Assembly: GCA_027604505.1 (NCBI GenBank)
Contig: JADIIX010000024.1
Coordinates: 62,001 to 126,000 of the forward strand
Length of the DNA: 64,000 bases
Direction of reading: 5' to 3'
Source of the DNA: Gonapodya sp. JEL0774
Taxonomy: Eukaryota
Below are positions 63,585-64,000 of this stretch, piece by piece. The first letter of the stretch is position 1, and each line of letters begins with the position of its first letter. The position numbers were made by a program, and so were the translations under genes. The notes beneath the pieces are model-generated. The model saw nothing but the letters and a program-made list of their open reading frames with translations, made no database searches and was not told where the DNA came from.

Positions 63585-64000
63585 GTTGGGTTTGTATGTG
63601 GTGAACGGAACACCAGGGACCTTGGTGCCGTTGAGATACCGTATTTCGTTGATCTCGATTCTAGATTGTAAATAGTACTGCATACGAGATATGAGCGGGG
63701 AATACCGGTGCTTGAGACAGCCGGAACATCCCCAGGTCCAGTTATTGTATGTCGAAGTATTAGGTCGCCTGCTCGCACTTCCTCGAGATCAGGAAACACA
63801 CGCGACAAGACAAACAGGATTATGGTCCTTCGTTTGCACTTACTGTGTGTCGTGTAGGGAGATGACTCATCACGCTGCATTCCAACACATAATTCTCGCC
63901 ACCATCACACAGCACAGTCAGATATGGTGCACCGCAGGAAACACATCACGCTATATTTAGCTTTGGGGCAACTCTTCTGTCAATGTATTAAGTGCATTGT

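Overview
Intron-rich eukaryotic DNA with short GT-AG introns, most likely from a flagellated early-diverging fungus (chytrid or monoblepharid). This is inferred from fungal-type genes (KAR5, Dal5-family MFS, a fungal MRPS5 C-terminus) sitting beside genes lost in Dikarya (MyTH4-FERM myosin, DAW1/ODA16, IQCE-like). About 20 protein genes can be rebuilt by splicing by hand. The left half (1-36 kb) is gene-dense: myosin, IQCE-like, MRPS5, IWR1, mitochondrial ThrRS, a small secreted protein, KAR5, MMTAG2, DAW1, API5-like and a TM-Cache-like-TM-HAMP receptor with no output domain. An accessory island at about 36-43 kb holds GATC-dense repeats, a broken virus-type D5 primase-helicase, an AntA/KilA-type ORF and an assembly gap. 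It also holds a tandem pair of small intronless ORFs sharing CDK-inhibitor-like motifs (TP...APLR, DSG, terminal CRxLF) and a 4-exon secreted beta/gamma-crystallin-like gene that the ORF track misses. The right end has a GT2 glycosyltransferase, three paralogous MFS transporters and a UBAP1/UMA-like gene. All family calls come from motif recognition by eye, with no database searches; exon boundaries and some starts are approximate.
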